Below are positions 50,736 to 61,516 of a stretch of 64,000 nt of DNA, one piece after another. Position 1 is the first letter of the stretch; each line of letters opens with the position of its first letter. The position numbers and the translations under genes were made by a program. The stretch is from Patescibacteria group bacterium (GTDB lineage: Bacteria > Patescibacteriota > WWE3 > UBA101185 > UBA10185). Location of the stretch: positions 11,263 to 75,262 of the forward strand of contig BPJL01000005.1 in assembly GCA_026004595.1 (NCBI GenBank). The letters are read 5' to 3'. The notes below the pieces were generated by a model. The model was not told the DNA's origin and searched no databases. It saw only the letters and a program-made list of their open reading frames with translations.

Positions 50736-51818
50736 ATGTTTAGAAAAGAAACTGCCCTAAAAACACAGACAAAAAAAGCCTGGGAATATATAAAAAAACT
50801 TTTCGGATTAAAAATCACGCAAATTGTTTTAATAAGCCTCTTAATATTAACTGTAGCGCCCCTTGTATTTTTCTATATTTTAAAACCGGAACCTAGAAAC
50901 GACATAAGGTACGGCGTAACCTTTTCTAACAAGTACGCTTCACAATTAGACCTCAATTGGAAGGACGCTTACATTAAAATTTTAGATGATTTGGGCGCAA
51001 AAAATCTCAGACTTGTGGCGTATTGGGACGAAATAGAGATAACACCAGATAACTATGATTACTCCGATATCAAATGGCAACTAGAAGAAGCTGAGAAGAG
51101 AAATGCAAATGTTATTCTGGCCATTGGACGCAAGGTGCCAAGATATCCTGAATGTTTTGAACCGAGCTGGTGGAGAGGCCTAAGTAGCGAGTCGGCAAGA
51201 GATAAAGAGTTATATGAATACATTATAAGAACGGTTATGGAAACCCAAAGTTTTAACTCTATTAAAATGTGGCAGGTTGAGAACGAACCCTTCTTTCCAT
51301 TTGGGGAGTGCCTACCAATAAAGAAACCGGTAGTTGAACAAGAAATTCAGCTTGTCAGGGCACTTGATGAAAGACCGATCCTAACTCAAGACAGCGGGGA
51401 GGGAGGTTTTTGGTTTCCCACATATCAAATGGCAGATTATCTTGGCATATCAATGTATAGAAAGGTTTGGTACGATTTCTGGGGGGTGTTGACCAAACAT
51501 GCTTTCGTCTTTAAATACCCCCTTTCACACTGGTCATACAAAATAAGAGCCCATATGACAGGGGTCCCGATGGACAGAATAGTCGTTACAGAGCTGCAAG
51601 CAGAACCATGGGGACCAGCAATCAATTCCAAACTCACAACAGAAGATAAAAATCGAACAATGTCCTTAACCGACTTTTTATCCACAATAGCTTACGCGCA
51701 AAAAAGCGGCTTCAGGGATCAGTATTTTTGGGGAGTAGAGTGGTGGTTATGGGAAAAAGAATTTAACAATAACCCCACCTACTGGAATGTAGCCAAGGCG
51801 CTTTTTGAAAAAAAATAG
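50736..51818 (+). CDS. Membrane-anchored clan-A glycoside hydrolase-like protein
   Basis: YGVTFS, WQVENEP, TELQAEPW, WGVEWW. Confidence 0.7.
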   Translation: MFRKETALKTQTKKAWEYIKKLFGLKITQIVLISLLILTVAPLVFFYILKPEPRNDIRYGVTFSNKYASQLDLNWKDAYIKILDDLGAKNLRLVAYWDEIEITPDNYDYSDIKWQLEEAEKRNANVILAIGRKVPRYPECFEPSWWRGLSSESARDKELYEYIIRTVMETQSFNSIKMWQVENEPFFPFGECLPIKKPVVEQEIQLVRALDERPILTQDSGEGGFWFPTYQMADYLGISMYRKVWYDFWGVLTKHAFVFKYPLSHWSYKIRAHMTGVPMDRIVVTELQAEPWGPAINSKLTTEDKNRTMSLTDFLSTIAYAQKSGFRDQYFWGVEWWLWEKEFNNNPTYWNVAKALFEKK

Positions 51819-51836
51819 TTTCTATGGTATGAAAAA

Positions 51837-52652
51837 TCAATTCTTCGACAATATCTTCTTCGTCAAAACAAACCCACCATATACCCCAGCATCATCCAAT
51901 GTCAACGACCTGACTACAGGGACCGGAGCCTTAAGGTAATCAGCAAAAAATGGAAATTCAAATGCCATGCTCCCACCTATTACGAAAATCTCACACTTCC
52001 ATACTGGGTACAATTTTTACAACCCCATGTTAACGTATTCCGCATATTTTTCCCAAACACCCTTATCACTACAAATATGCGGTCTGGCCCCAAACAAGGC
52101 TTCAAAGGAACGGACTGATGTATACGCCTCTAGACAACCGTAGTGACCGCACGATGCATTCAGACGGCCATCTTCAATTATTATCGTATGACCAGGTTCA
52201 TCTCCTACATAGTTGAATCCTCCAGAACCGTCTTTTTCTACCAGCGCCCCTCCAGTACCGGTGCCAAAAGTCAAATAACCAACACACGAATATCCCTTAC
52301 CTGCACCCAAAAAGGCTTCTCCGACAGCGGCCAAAGTAGCATCATTTTCCATGAAAAAATTCGGGGCTGCTTCCTGGTCAAGAAGAGCACTAAAAGGTTT
52401 CCCATCCAACTCTTTATAGTTTGGAAGTTTGACAAAAGTGTGGCTTTTCCTGTCAATTAACCCAGGGATACCCATACACACAAACTCCGGTATACCCGGG
52501 GCTGATAGCTCCATTATTGCTGTGGAAATAATATGTTGTTGAACAGCAAGGTTTTTATTTGTGTAAAACCTTTTGATCTTGATTATTGACTCAAGATCTC
52601 GTGAACTAGCTATTCGGGTTTTTGTACCACCCATGTCAACTGATATATACAT
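51837..52652 (-). CDS. ROK family kinase with an in-frame TAA at 52017-52019
   Basis: DMGGTK, ENDA, GTGTGG, EPGH, CGHYGCLEAY; the frame continues after the stop to VIGGS...DAGVYGG. Confidence 0.8.
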
Positions 52653-53185
52653 TACTTATACCAATCTTGAGGATCTACTCCCTCAGTAACTTCTCCTTGG
52701 TTAACAACAACCCTTATGGGCTGGTGATTTTCACATGATACATCATAACCACACTTAACAAATTCCGAATAGTAAGCCCTATATACTCCACCTGTCGCTC
52801 CGGGCTGATTAGGCACATATGCATAAACATAATATTCTCCAGCAGGAACCTCAATTCTGTAACCATACCCATATTGGTAAGAACTGTCCTTAATATGATT
52901 ATCCGTACAAACTGTCTTTCCTGTTGATATTTCTTCAGCGCAAACACCGAGACTTTCCGGGATGTTTTCCGAAGGGTAACCTAAAGAACCTGTAATGACT
53001 CCTATACCAGCTTCTTCTACAATGCTCTCCTCAATTTCATTTGACATTGCAGGTTGCTCTGATCGGGAGGACTTGAAATTAATATCCTTAAACAGAAGGA
53101 TTATTGTGGAAAGGAAGACCGCAGTAACAACAAAAGCAAAGAAAAGACCTACAAGCGGCAGTCTTTTGCGTGTATCGCCTTCCAT
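52652..53185 (-). CDS. Membrane-anchored Cys-containing hypothetical protein
   Basis: TM; GSLGYPSE, AYYSEFVKCG, DW terminus. Confidence 0.75.
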   Translation of the reverse strand: MEGDTRKRLPLVGLFFAFVVTAVFLSTIILLFKDINFKSSRSEQPAMSNEIEESIVEEAGIGVITGSLGYPSENIPESLGVCAEEISTGKTVCTDNHIKDSSYQYGYGYRIEVPAGEYYVYAYVPNQPGATGGVYRAYYSEFVKCGYDVSCENHQPIRVVVNQGEVTEGVDPQDWYK

Positions 53186-53192
53186 AAAATTA

Positions 53193-54535
53193 TTATACTC
53201 GCGACGAAACAGAAGACCAAAAAAGGTCTACTCCGTCAGACCGGGTTTCAATATCCTTTCCGGCTTTCACAGCAGAGTAACCATTTACCATCCTTTCAAA
53301 AATTCCGTTTTTCAAACACCACCAGATGAACTTAGCTGCGTTTTCTGAACCAAAGGGCAGTTCTACACACCTATACATGTGGCTATGGGGCAAAAGTCTT
53401 TCCTTGAAGGCACCATCAGGCGTCACCCCCCCCTGGCCGCCATTCCCCACATTTTTTCAGTCATTTTCACATCAAATATGAGACCGTGCCTCCTCAAAAA
53501 ATCCAAATTATCTCTTTCCTGGCGACCGACCGGATGCGCGAATAAAAGAAGGGAGCCCCCGACCATATCAAAATCGCACAACGCCTTAAAAGCCTGCTCA
53601 CTTGGTTTCGTTATCTCTAAAGCTATAACATTCTTTTTGTAAACATCATCGTACATATCAACTATTTCCCGCGAATGCTTTGAAGTATGAATATGGATAT
53701 TAGGAAACTTTCTTACATCCTGCAAAAATTTTTTGGTGAAAGGAGCTTCCTTGCATATGATGTGAAAATTAAATCTTGAATATCTTGATTGCAGTTGGGG
53801 AATTAAATGGTGAAAAAATTCCATTCCAACAGCGGCTCCTGATACTGGAAGACAGAAATTTATTGGTACTGTCGCGGCTTTAGACAACTGTTCTTTTCGG
53901 CTCTCATAATGATGAGTGGGCAGCTTTTCCCCTAATATCGGGCTTACAGGGTAGGGAAGCACCTCAAACTTCACATGCTGTAAACAGGCTCGCATTGCAT
54001 ATTTTCTAAGCTCAAGCATTGTTTTTTTGCTAGGCACATATATGACATCGGCGCCCGGAACATACCAGATGTATTGTGGACTATCATCCGTAACCTGAAC
54101 CATCAAATAAATTTTTACACCCATTTTTCTTTCCAGCGTTTCCTTCACAGCTGCAATTTGATGAGCAAATCCAAAATGGGTGGCTATTATTATCATCCTC
54201 TTTGGAATTTCAATCTGTTGCTTAAAAATTTCCTCAATCTTCGCTTTCATGTCGCTGCTGGTTGTCCTCAACTGCCACCTATACAGATGGGTATACACTC
54301 CCTGCGGCCAACCGCTTTGGAACCACTCCATAATCCTTCTAGTAATAACATGGGTGCTAACAAACTTGTATGTTGCCTCGGTCAATTTTTCGGATGATCC
54401 AATAAGGACAGTTTTTACACCTTTGGGAAGGCCTTCATAAAGCGCGTTGGTGACCCTGAGGTGACCGAGACCAACGGGAGCATAGGTAAAGACTACAATT
54501 GTTCCGGGGTCAGTCAGCAATTGCTTGGGGCTCAT
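53193..54535 (-). CDS. GT-B-like glycosyltransferase-related protein (MGDG-synthase/DUF6938-like), frameshift at C8 53426-53433
   Basis: GLGHLR, IIATHF, VTDD, ITKPSE, PVGRQERDN. Confidence 0.7.
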
Positions 54536-54580
54536 TACATTAGTTTACAAAATTTTGCAAACTTTTTGTATACTTGTACT

Positions 54581-54835
54581 ATGAAAAAGTATTGGTTCAA
54601 ATCTAAAAGGCTTGGCTACGGTTTTTGCCCTATCTGCCTTGAGGGTTGGCTCGCTATTCTAGCATTACTTGGTTTGGTGTTTTTGTCGGCATGGATTAAT
54701 AATATCTGGAGCAAAAGTATAGATGGAAAAAACGGTTTTAGATTTTTTTTAGATACCTTGATTCTACTTTGCGTCTTCACCGCTCTTTACAAAGACAAAG
54801 TAATAGGCGGGTTAAGATGGCGATTCTGTAAGTAA
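54581..54835 (+). CDS. Small membrane protein
   Basis: WFKSKRLGYG..P...EGW motif and two TM segments. Confidence 0.7.
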   Translation: MKKYWFKSKRLGYGFCPICLEGWLAILALLGLVFLSAWINNIWSKSIDGKNGFRFFLDTLILLCVFTALYKDKVIGGLRWRFCK

Positions 54836-54873
54836 AGTATTTGATTTTTGCCCAATTTTTTATTTAAAACAAC

Positions 54874-55581
54874 ATGAGTAAAGCAGCGTTCTTAGCAATA
54901 TTATTTCCTGTCCTGCTTCTTTTAGGACTAGCGGTTTTTGGTTCACGAATACCACAGCGGACATTCGAACGAAAAGAAAAGCAGTTTGAGCCCCTAACGA
55001 AACTTGAAACAACGGAATCCACCTCGTCAGCAAAAGAAAATTATCAGATCAACCCCATGGGTAATGTGGAAAAAGAACCGCCAAAGATGACGTTGGACCT
55101 ATCAAAAAAATATACAGCTTTAATGAATACCAGCGAGGGGCTTATAAAAATAGAGCTTTTTGCTGATAAGACACCTGTAACGGTTAATAATTTTGTAACT
55201 CTTTCCAGATCTAATTTTTACGACAACGTAATATTTCACAGAGTGATAAAAGGTTTCATGATTCAGAGCGGCGATCCGACGGGCACAGGCGCGGGCGGTC
55301 CAGGATACAAATTCAATGATGAGCCCTTTGAAGGAGATTACACAAGAGGTACAGTAGCTATGGCAAACGCAGGACCTAACACAAACGGAAGCCAATTTTT
55401 CATAATGCACCAAGACAAAGCACTTCCTAAGAATTACGTTATCTTTGGAAAGGTAATAGAAGGAATGGAGGTAGTAGATAAAATTGCCGAAACAGAAGTT
55501 GAAATAACACCTGAAGGAGAGCCATCAAAACCAATAAAACCTGTTAGAATATTAAATATGGAAATAATTGAATCAGACTAA
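54874..55581 (+). CDS. Cyclophilin-type peptidyl-prolyl isomerase with N-terminal anchor
   Basis: FHRVIKGFMIQSGDP, MANAGPNTNGSQFFI. Confidence 0.95.
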   Translation: MSKAAFLAILFPVLLLLGLAVFGSRIPQRTFERKEKQFEPLTKLETTESTSSAKENYQINPMGNVEKEPPKMTLDLSKKYTALMNTSEGLIKIELFADKTPVTVNNFVTLSRSNFYDNVIFHRVIKGFMIQSGDPTGTGAGGPGYKFNDEPFEGDYTRGTVAMANAGPNTNGSQFFIMHQDKALPKNYVIFGKVIEGMEVVDKIAETEVEITPEGEPSKPIKPVRILNMEIIESD

Positions 55582-55594
55582 GGGGGTGAATTTT

Positions 55595-55984
55595 GTGGAC
55601 GAAAATCAAAACCAAGAGCAACCTCAAGAACAGAAACTGCAACCAGAAACTGCAAGTCAATCGACAGAACAAACCACCAAGGAAACCGATAATTCAAAGG
55701 TCATGGCTATAATAGCCTACTTTATATTCTTTCTTCCTCTGCTCACAGAATATAAAGATAATGACTTTGTTAAATACCATGTAAAGCAGTCTCTGATGCT
55801 ATTCATTTTGCTTGTAGGTGCGGCTGTTGTATCGGGAATCCCCTTTATTGGGTTTTTTATAAGCACAATCGCTTCAATGGCATTATTTATCCTCTTAATA
55901 ATGGGAATCATCAACGCGGCCTCGGATAAAAAAGTTCCTGTTCCGTTTGTAGGAAAATACGCCGAGGAGCTGTTAAAGTTCTAA
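55595..55984 (+). CDS. DUF4870 family membrane protein
   Basis: AIIAY, FVKYHVKQ, GIINA...VPFVG. Confidence 0.8.
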   Translation: MDENQNQEQPQEQKLQPETASQSTEQTTKETDNSKVMAIIAYFIFFLPLLTEYKDNDFVKYHVKQSLMLFILLVGAAVVSGIPFIGFFISTIASMALFILLIMGIINAASDKKVPVPFVGKYAEELLKF

Positions 55985-57683
55985 GTGCTGGTATAGAGTG
56001 CCTAAAGAAAATCCATTATCAGAGTAATATCCTCGGGTACCCACCGAGGATATTACACTGAGTCTTCTGAACCCCGCGTCCTTACAAATGGCGGAAGCCT
56101 TCCGAAGTAGCATTTTTCCCAAACCAGAATGCTGCGCCCTCCCTCCAGCATTCTGTCCGACACTTATACTCTCCCCATAGACGTGGATTTCCCTTATCAT
56201 TGCCGAGTTTTTTATTTCCTCAATTCGGCCTTCTTTAAGAGGCAGGGAAAGCCTTAAAAAGGCGGCAATTTTATCATTGCCGGTCACATACTCCAAGAAA
56301 TACTCTTTGGTGTTTGAGGTAGAATATTCCGTAGTTTTAAAGACCAGATCATTTACATCAACCTTCTCATTCCTGATTTCCCTATATCTTATTTCATTTA
56401 ACAAGTCCCCAGCTTTCTCAATCTCCGCTTCGGCAATCTGCCTGAAATTCGTCTTTTTATTTCCAGCCACAATATCATCCCCCGAAATGTCTCTAACAAT
56501 TCTAGTGATTCTGCAATACCTTGGAACTTTAGGAAGTATTGCTTTGAAAATATGAATTAATTCGTTTTCGGTGTATGGTCTCCATTTTTTCTCGTTGAAT
56601 AAACCCATAAGCTCGGTGCCTTCTATCAATGAACAGGGATATATCTTTAATTCGTCAGGGCGGTAAGCCAGGTCTCCGAATAACTTCTCAAAATCTTGAA
56701 TATCAGATTCAGGAGTTGCTCCGTAAAGATTTAACATCCAATGAGCATGTATTTTGAAACCGGCCTCCCTAAGCAAAGCAAAGGCTTCGGCAGTCTTTGC
56801 AGAATTATGGCCGCGCTTATTCATATCCAATATCTTATCGTTTAAGCTCTGCACTCCTATCTGGACTTTAGTCGCGCCTAATCTTCTCATTCTTACAATC
56901 TCACCTCTATCTATCTCGTCTGGCCTTGTTTCCAAAACAAGTCCCGTACATCTGCATCTGGCATCAACGTTTTTAAGATGGGCCTTAAATAGATCCTCCC
57001 ACGACGCTGTTTCTTCAATGTGCCTTTTTTCATTTCTAGACAAACCAACTACAGCATTATAACTTCCTGACAATCGGCTCAACTTTTTTTCATCATAAGG
57101 CATCTCGATCTTGGGCTTAAGATATGAAGCGTATTCCCCAGATTTGTAATCATTCATAGCATCGAAGCACCTTTTTACAAACCACACTTGATACGCTTCG
57201 GGATAAGACGACCAAGTTCCCCCTAAAATTATAAGCTCAACCTTGCTTATAGGGTGCCCGGTCTTTTCGTACGAAACCAGCCGGTTATATGTTTGGTAGT
57301 ACGGATCAAATTTATTGTCGTGCGCTCTTTGAGCTCCCGGTTCGCTAAACAAGTAACTTTTGGGCATTCTTACGTCGTTCGGACAGAAAATGCACTTGCC
57401 GGGGCATGGGTACGGCCTTGTCAAAACGGTTACCGGAGTAACACCTGACAGTGTGCGTATTTTCTTAGTTTTAATGTTTTCAAGAAATCTTTCCTCTTCA
57501 TCCTTTTTAAGCCTAATTTTCCCCTGCGCTTTAAGTATTTTTGTAGTTTTCCAGAATATCGCTTTTGGAGTAAGTATTTTTCAGCCCTTTTGAATGTCTA
57601 AACAATATCGCTAAAACCTCCTTTTCGGAATTTGCATTTGAAATCTCGTGTATTATATTAACCATCTCGATGTTTTTATCCAT
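55973..57683 (-). CDS. elp3: Elp3-like tRNA U34 carboxymethyltransferase (radical SAM + KAT), frameshift at ~57540
   Basis: RTLSGV, PYPCPGKCIFCP, LGGTW, ETRPD, PDELKIYP, IREIHVYG, QHSGLG, VISSVGTRGYY. Confidence 0.92.
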
Positions 57684-57686
57684 ATT

Positions 57687-58393
57687 ATGAACAAGCTTGA
57701 TGCGATTTTAAGGCTTAATAAAGATTTTTACAAAGACGCCGCCGTTTCTTTCTCAAAAACGCGGAGAGGATTTTGGAAGGGGGTGGGGAAGAGTGGCCGC
57801 TATAGGAGGCAAGGACGTAGGAGATAGATTTAAGGTTCTGGATGTAGGCTGTGGAAACGGAAGGTTTTTGAGCTTTATTAAAAAACACTTTCCAAACTCA
57901 AAAATAATTTACACGGGCCTGGATAATAACGATGAGCTTCTTTCCCAGGCAAAGAATGATCACCCAGAAGGCAAATTTGTAAAAACAGATTTCTTGAAAA
58001 ATCTTAACAACATTGCAAAAAAGAAATACGATTTGGGTGGCGTGCTTCGGTGTTACTCATCACATCCCGACAGCTAAACTTCGACTCGATTTTTTTAAAA
58101 TGCTGGGGAAGTCGGTTAATTCCGGAGGCTACCTCGTCGTAACTTTTTGGCAATTTGATATAAAAAAATCCTACAAAATTCGGGAATTTGAAAAACTTCT
58201 AGGCAAGAACGATTTTATCCTGGGGTGGGATAACAAACCTAACTTATTTAGATACTGCCACTTATACGACGATAAAGAAAAATCGCAAATCGATAAACTG
58301 CTAAACAAAAGCGGATTATTTCTTGCAGAGGAATTTCTTGATATTGGAAATGACGGGGCGGGCAGCCATTATTTCATATGGCGCAAAAATTGA
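57687..58393 (+). CDS. Trm9/ALKBH8-like class I SAM methyltransferase, two G-run frameshifts
   Basis: Re-joined FYKDAAVSFSKTRRGFW, VLDVGCGNGR, FGVTHHIP...R, GGYLVVTFW, DFILGW, RYCHLY. Confidence 0.75.
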
Positions 58394-58405
58394 TACAATA
58401 TTGCC

Positions 58406-58808
58406 ATGAAAGATTGCATATTTTGCAAGATCGCAAGTAAAAAAATACCTGCCGAGATAATATACGAAGATTCTGACCATATTTCATTTTTGGATATAAA
58501 CCCAACAACTGAAGGTATGACCCTTGTCATCCCAAAAAAACACTACGACAGCGATATTTACAGTAACCAAACAGAAGTAATATTGGCTTTAATGTCATCC
58601 GCAAAAAATACAGCACTACTGCTAAAAGAAAGGCTGAAACCACTGCGCGTTTTAACCTTAATAGAGGGCCTTGACGTTCAACATCTTCACATTAAGCTGT
58701 ACCCGTTCTACGGTGATAAAAGCCCGAGAGACACACTAACAAAACACCTCGACCACGCTCCAACAAAAGAAGAACTCAAAAAAAATCGCTGATAAGATTA
58801 GGGCATAA
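58406..58808 (+). CDS. HIT family hydrolase
   Basis: CIFCKI, FLDINP, LVIPKKH, HLHIK; frameshift at A8 ~58778. Confidence 0.88.
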
Positions 58809-58814
58809 AATTAG

Positions 58815-59436
58815 ATGAACAAGCTTGAATTGGTATCCAAATTGAAACTACAGGGTGTCCTTAGGTCACCTAGAATTGAAGCGGCTCTGGTAGAGGTTGA
58901 CAGGGCAGACTTTGTCAGATTAGAAGATAAAGAATACTCATACATTGATACAGCAATGTCCATCGGGTACGGCCAGACAATATCCCAACCCTACACAGTT
59001 GTTTTTATGCTGGAACTATTACAGGCGGGGGATGGGCATAAAGTCATGGATATTGGCACGGGGTCGGGTTGGCAGGCCGCTCTTTTATCTTCTTTGGTAG
59101 GGGATAGCGGAAAAGTCCATACCATTGAGATCATAACCCAGCCTCGTTGAGTTCGCTAAGAAAAATGTTTCAAAGTACCCGACTCTTGCTGAAAGAATAA
59201 TTTTTCACGAAGGATCGGCAAAAAACGGCATTCCCGATGAGGCGCCTTTTGACAGAATAATTGCGGCGGCCGATGTCCGCAGAATCCCCGAAGCTTGGCG
59301 AGATCAACTTAAGATTGGGGGAATAATGGTTTTTCCAAAAGACAACGGAATTTATAAAATGACAAAAAACTCCGATACTGACTTTGATACTTTATTTTAT
59401 CCGGGATTTGTCTTTGTACCTTTTGTTGAAGACTAG
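58815..59436 (+). CDS. pcm: Protein-L-isoaspartate O-methyltransferase, frameshift ~59135
   Basis: VDRADF, GQTISQP, DIGTGSGW; the shifted frame gives APFDRII...QLKIGG...FVFVPF. Confidence 0.9.
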
Positions 59437-59960
59437 TCTTTTATGATCTTAGTCTCAAATACACCTTTTCTCTTAGTATCTCCCCAAAAGTAGAAATATG
59501 AAGCAAGAAGCACTATTCCGACACCAAGGCTTATTGCAATTATCTGGTCGTAACCCGTTTCAGGTACGCCATTTGCAGAAGCCGGGGCTGAACCGGAGGA
59601 TAAATTATTAGGAAGGGCCTGTCCAAGATGAAGTACAAAAACGATTTTTTCTGCCCCTTGAGAGATCTCAACATTGTAGTCTTTGCTTTCGCCAGAAAAG
59701 TTATAAGACCAAGATCCGGAACTCACATTTACCTGATTTGACTGGTCTCCTATTTTTACAGTAACTGGCGACCCATCTGATGCTGTGCCGGCCAGAGTAA
59801 CGTTTGTATTTGTATACCACCACTCTGTGTAGTTCTTTCCTGTAGCATCCACAGACCCAATTTTAGTTAATGAAAGAGAAGCGGCTGTTGAAAAAAACAT
59901 AGATAACGTGAACAAAAAAATCAGTGGCAGTGTTTTACTAATAGAAGAAAAGGATTTCAT
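59433..59960 (-). CDS. Surface protein with Ig-like domain and LPxTG-like (VPETG) sorting signal
   Basis: Signal peptide; VPETG followed by a TM segment and a basic tail (KRK). Confidence 0.65.
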   Translation of the reverse strand: MKSFSSISKTLPLIFLFTLSMFFSTAASLSLTKIGSVDATGKNYTEWWYTNTNVTLAGTASDGSPVTVKIGDQSNQVNVSSGSWSYNFSGESKDYNVEISQGAEKIVFVLHLGQALPNNLSSGSAPASANGVPETGYDQIIAISLGVGIVLLASYFYFWGDTKRKGVFETKIIKD

Positions 59961-59996
59961 GCCTAATTAGAAGACTAGAGATTTTTGTTGTAGGTG

Positions 59997-61516
59997 TCAA
60001 TAGATTTGTGTAGTTTTAGTTTCGACAAAAGATAAACTTCCAGATGTACAACGGTACACAGCGACCGGGAAGTAAACTTTGTTGCCAAAATATCTTTCTA
60101 CTGAACAGCCCACAAAAATCGGAAATTGCTTACGGTCAAAATCCAAACCATACACTATATAGTTTGCCAAAGCCTGTTCACTGGTAATTTTTCCCTTGTA
60201 GTAAGGCTTGAAAGAATATATGTTGTTCGGCACATACACGCTTACCTCGCGTCCCTTTGTATTTAGGTATAAAGCGGCGTTGGCGTAGTATTCACCAGAG
60301 TTCTCATATAGCCCCCAGGACAAAACGCGGCGGAAACCAACCAAAGGACTGATATATGCAGAATAAACCGGGTAGTAGCAAAAGGTAGCGTAAGTAAAAA
60401 ATAAAAGTTGGCAAATCACAAATAGGCGCAGGAGTTTGCGATTAAACCCTGCAACTGTACGTGACATCAATAAAATCATTGGTAAGAAGAGGGCGATGAC
60501 GTATCTGTCGATTTTTTGATCCGCAAAAGACAGAACAAGTAAAACAGACGCAAAATATAAAGTAGTACTATCTTTTCCGCAAACTTTCCTTTTTTGAGTA
60601 TAACCACCATAGAGTACAGACTAGATATTACAAGCAAAGGCGAAGACTTAAACAAAAACACTAATGGGTAGTAAAAGACTTTCGCATAGGTTGAAAGTAA
60701 ATCACCCCTTGGATCTAAAACTACAGCATTAAACAGCGCGTTATACATCTTGGATGCAACACCCAATGGATCAACCCAAAGAGCTGGGAAAAATATAAAA
60801 AATGTAAAGATAAAAGCAAAAACATAAATTAGTATGTATTGGAGACCAAGTTTCTTCCTAACACATTCATAAACAATCAATAAAGTTACAAAACAAGCAG
60901 TTATAAAAACAGTCATTTTGGTCAAAACACCTAGTCCAGAGAATATAGCCGATATAACGATAAAAATACTTTTGCGAGTTTTAAGAAACTCAAGAACAGA
61001 AAGTATTGAAACAAAGGCAAAAAAAGCTTCTAAAGAAGACAGGTGAAACCATCTATTTATGCCTACCAAATAGGGCTCTACTGCAACAAAAAACCCGTAC
61101 AATAATGCTATCCTATCACCAAATAATTCACGTATAAAGAAAAGTTGAAGAGATAGGCAAACAAATAACACTAAAACTACCAAAATCTTGGAAAGACCAT
61201 GCATTACAGGATAAAAGTCTGCATTACCATAAGTTTTTATTTCACTTGAAAAGTTCTGCTGGGTCCATAAAAGAACTTGGCTCGCAGTTGCTCCTATCCA
61301 CATAAGTATTACGCCTGGGTGGTACCTCTGATATGTTGACTTAAAATCGCCTCGCTTTAGCGCATTCAGAAAATTTTCCGACCTATCGTGCCATCTCAAA
61401 GCATCGGAGTTAGACATATCAATACCTAAGGTAAGTATCCTTGGTACAAGAAAAGCAATTAAAACAACTAGGTACAAAACCTTTTTACTTATACTTATAA
61501 CGGATTTATTTGCCAA
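59997..61516 (-). CDS. GT-C (ArnT/PMT-like) glycosyltransferase, frameshift ~60553
   Basis: SDALRW, YHPGV, EPYL, LTK, FPALW, KIDRY, WG. Confidence 0.75.

Noticed and set aside
14268-52019. Stop-codon reassignment suggested by two in-frame TAA codons (14268, 52017)
   Set aside because: TAA, TAG and TGA all end clearly complete genes here, and only two cases were seen.
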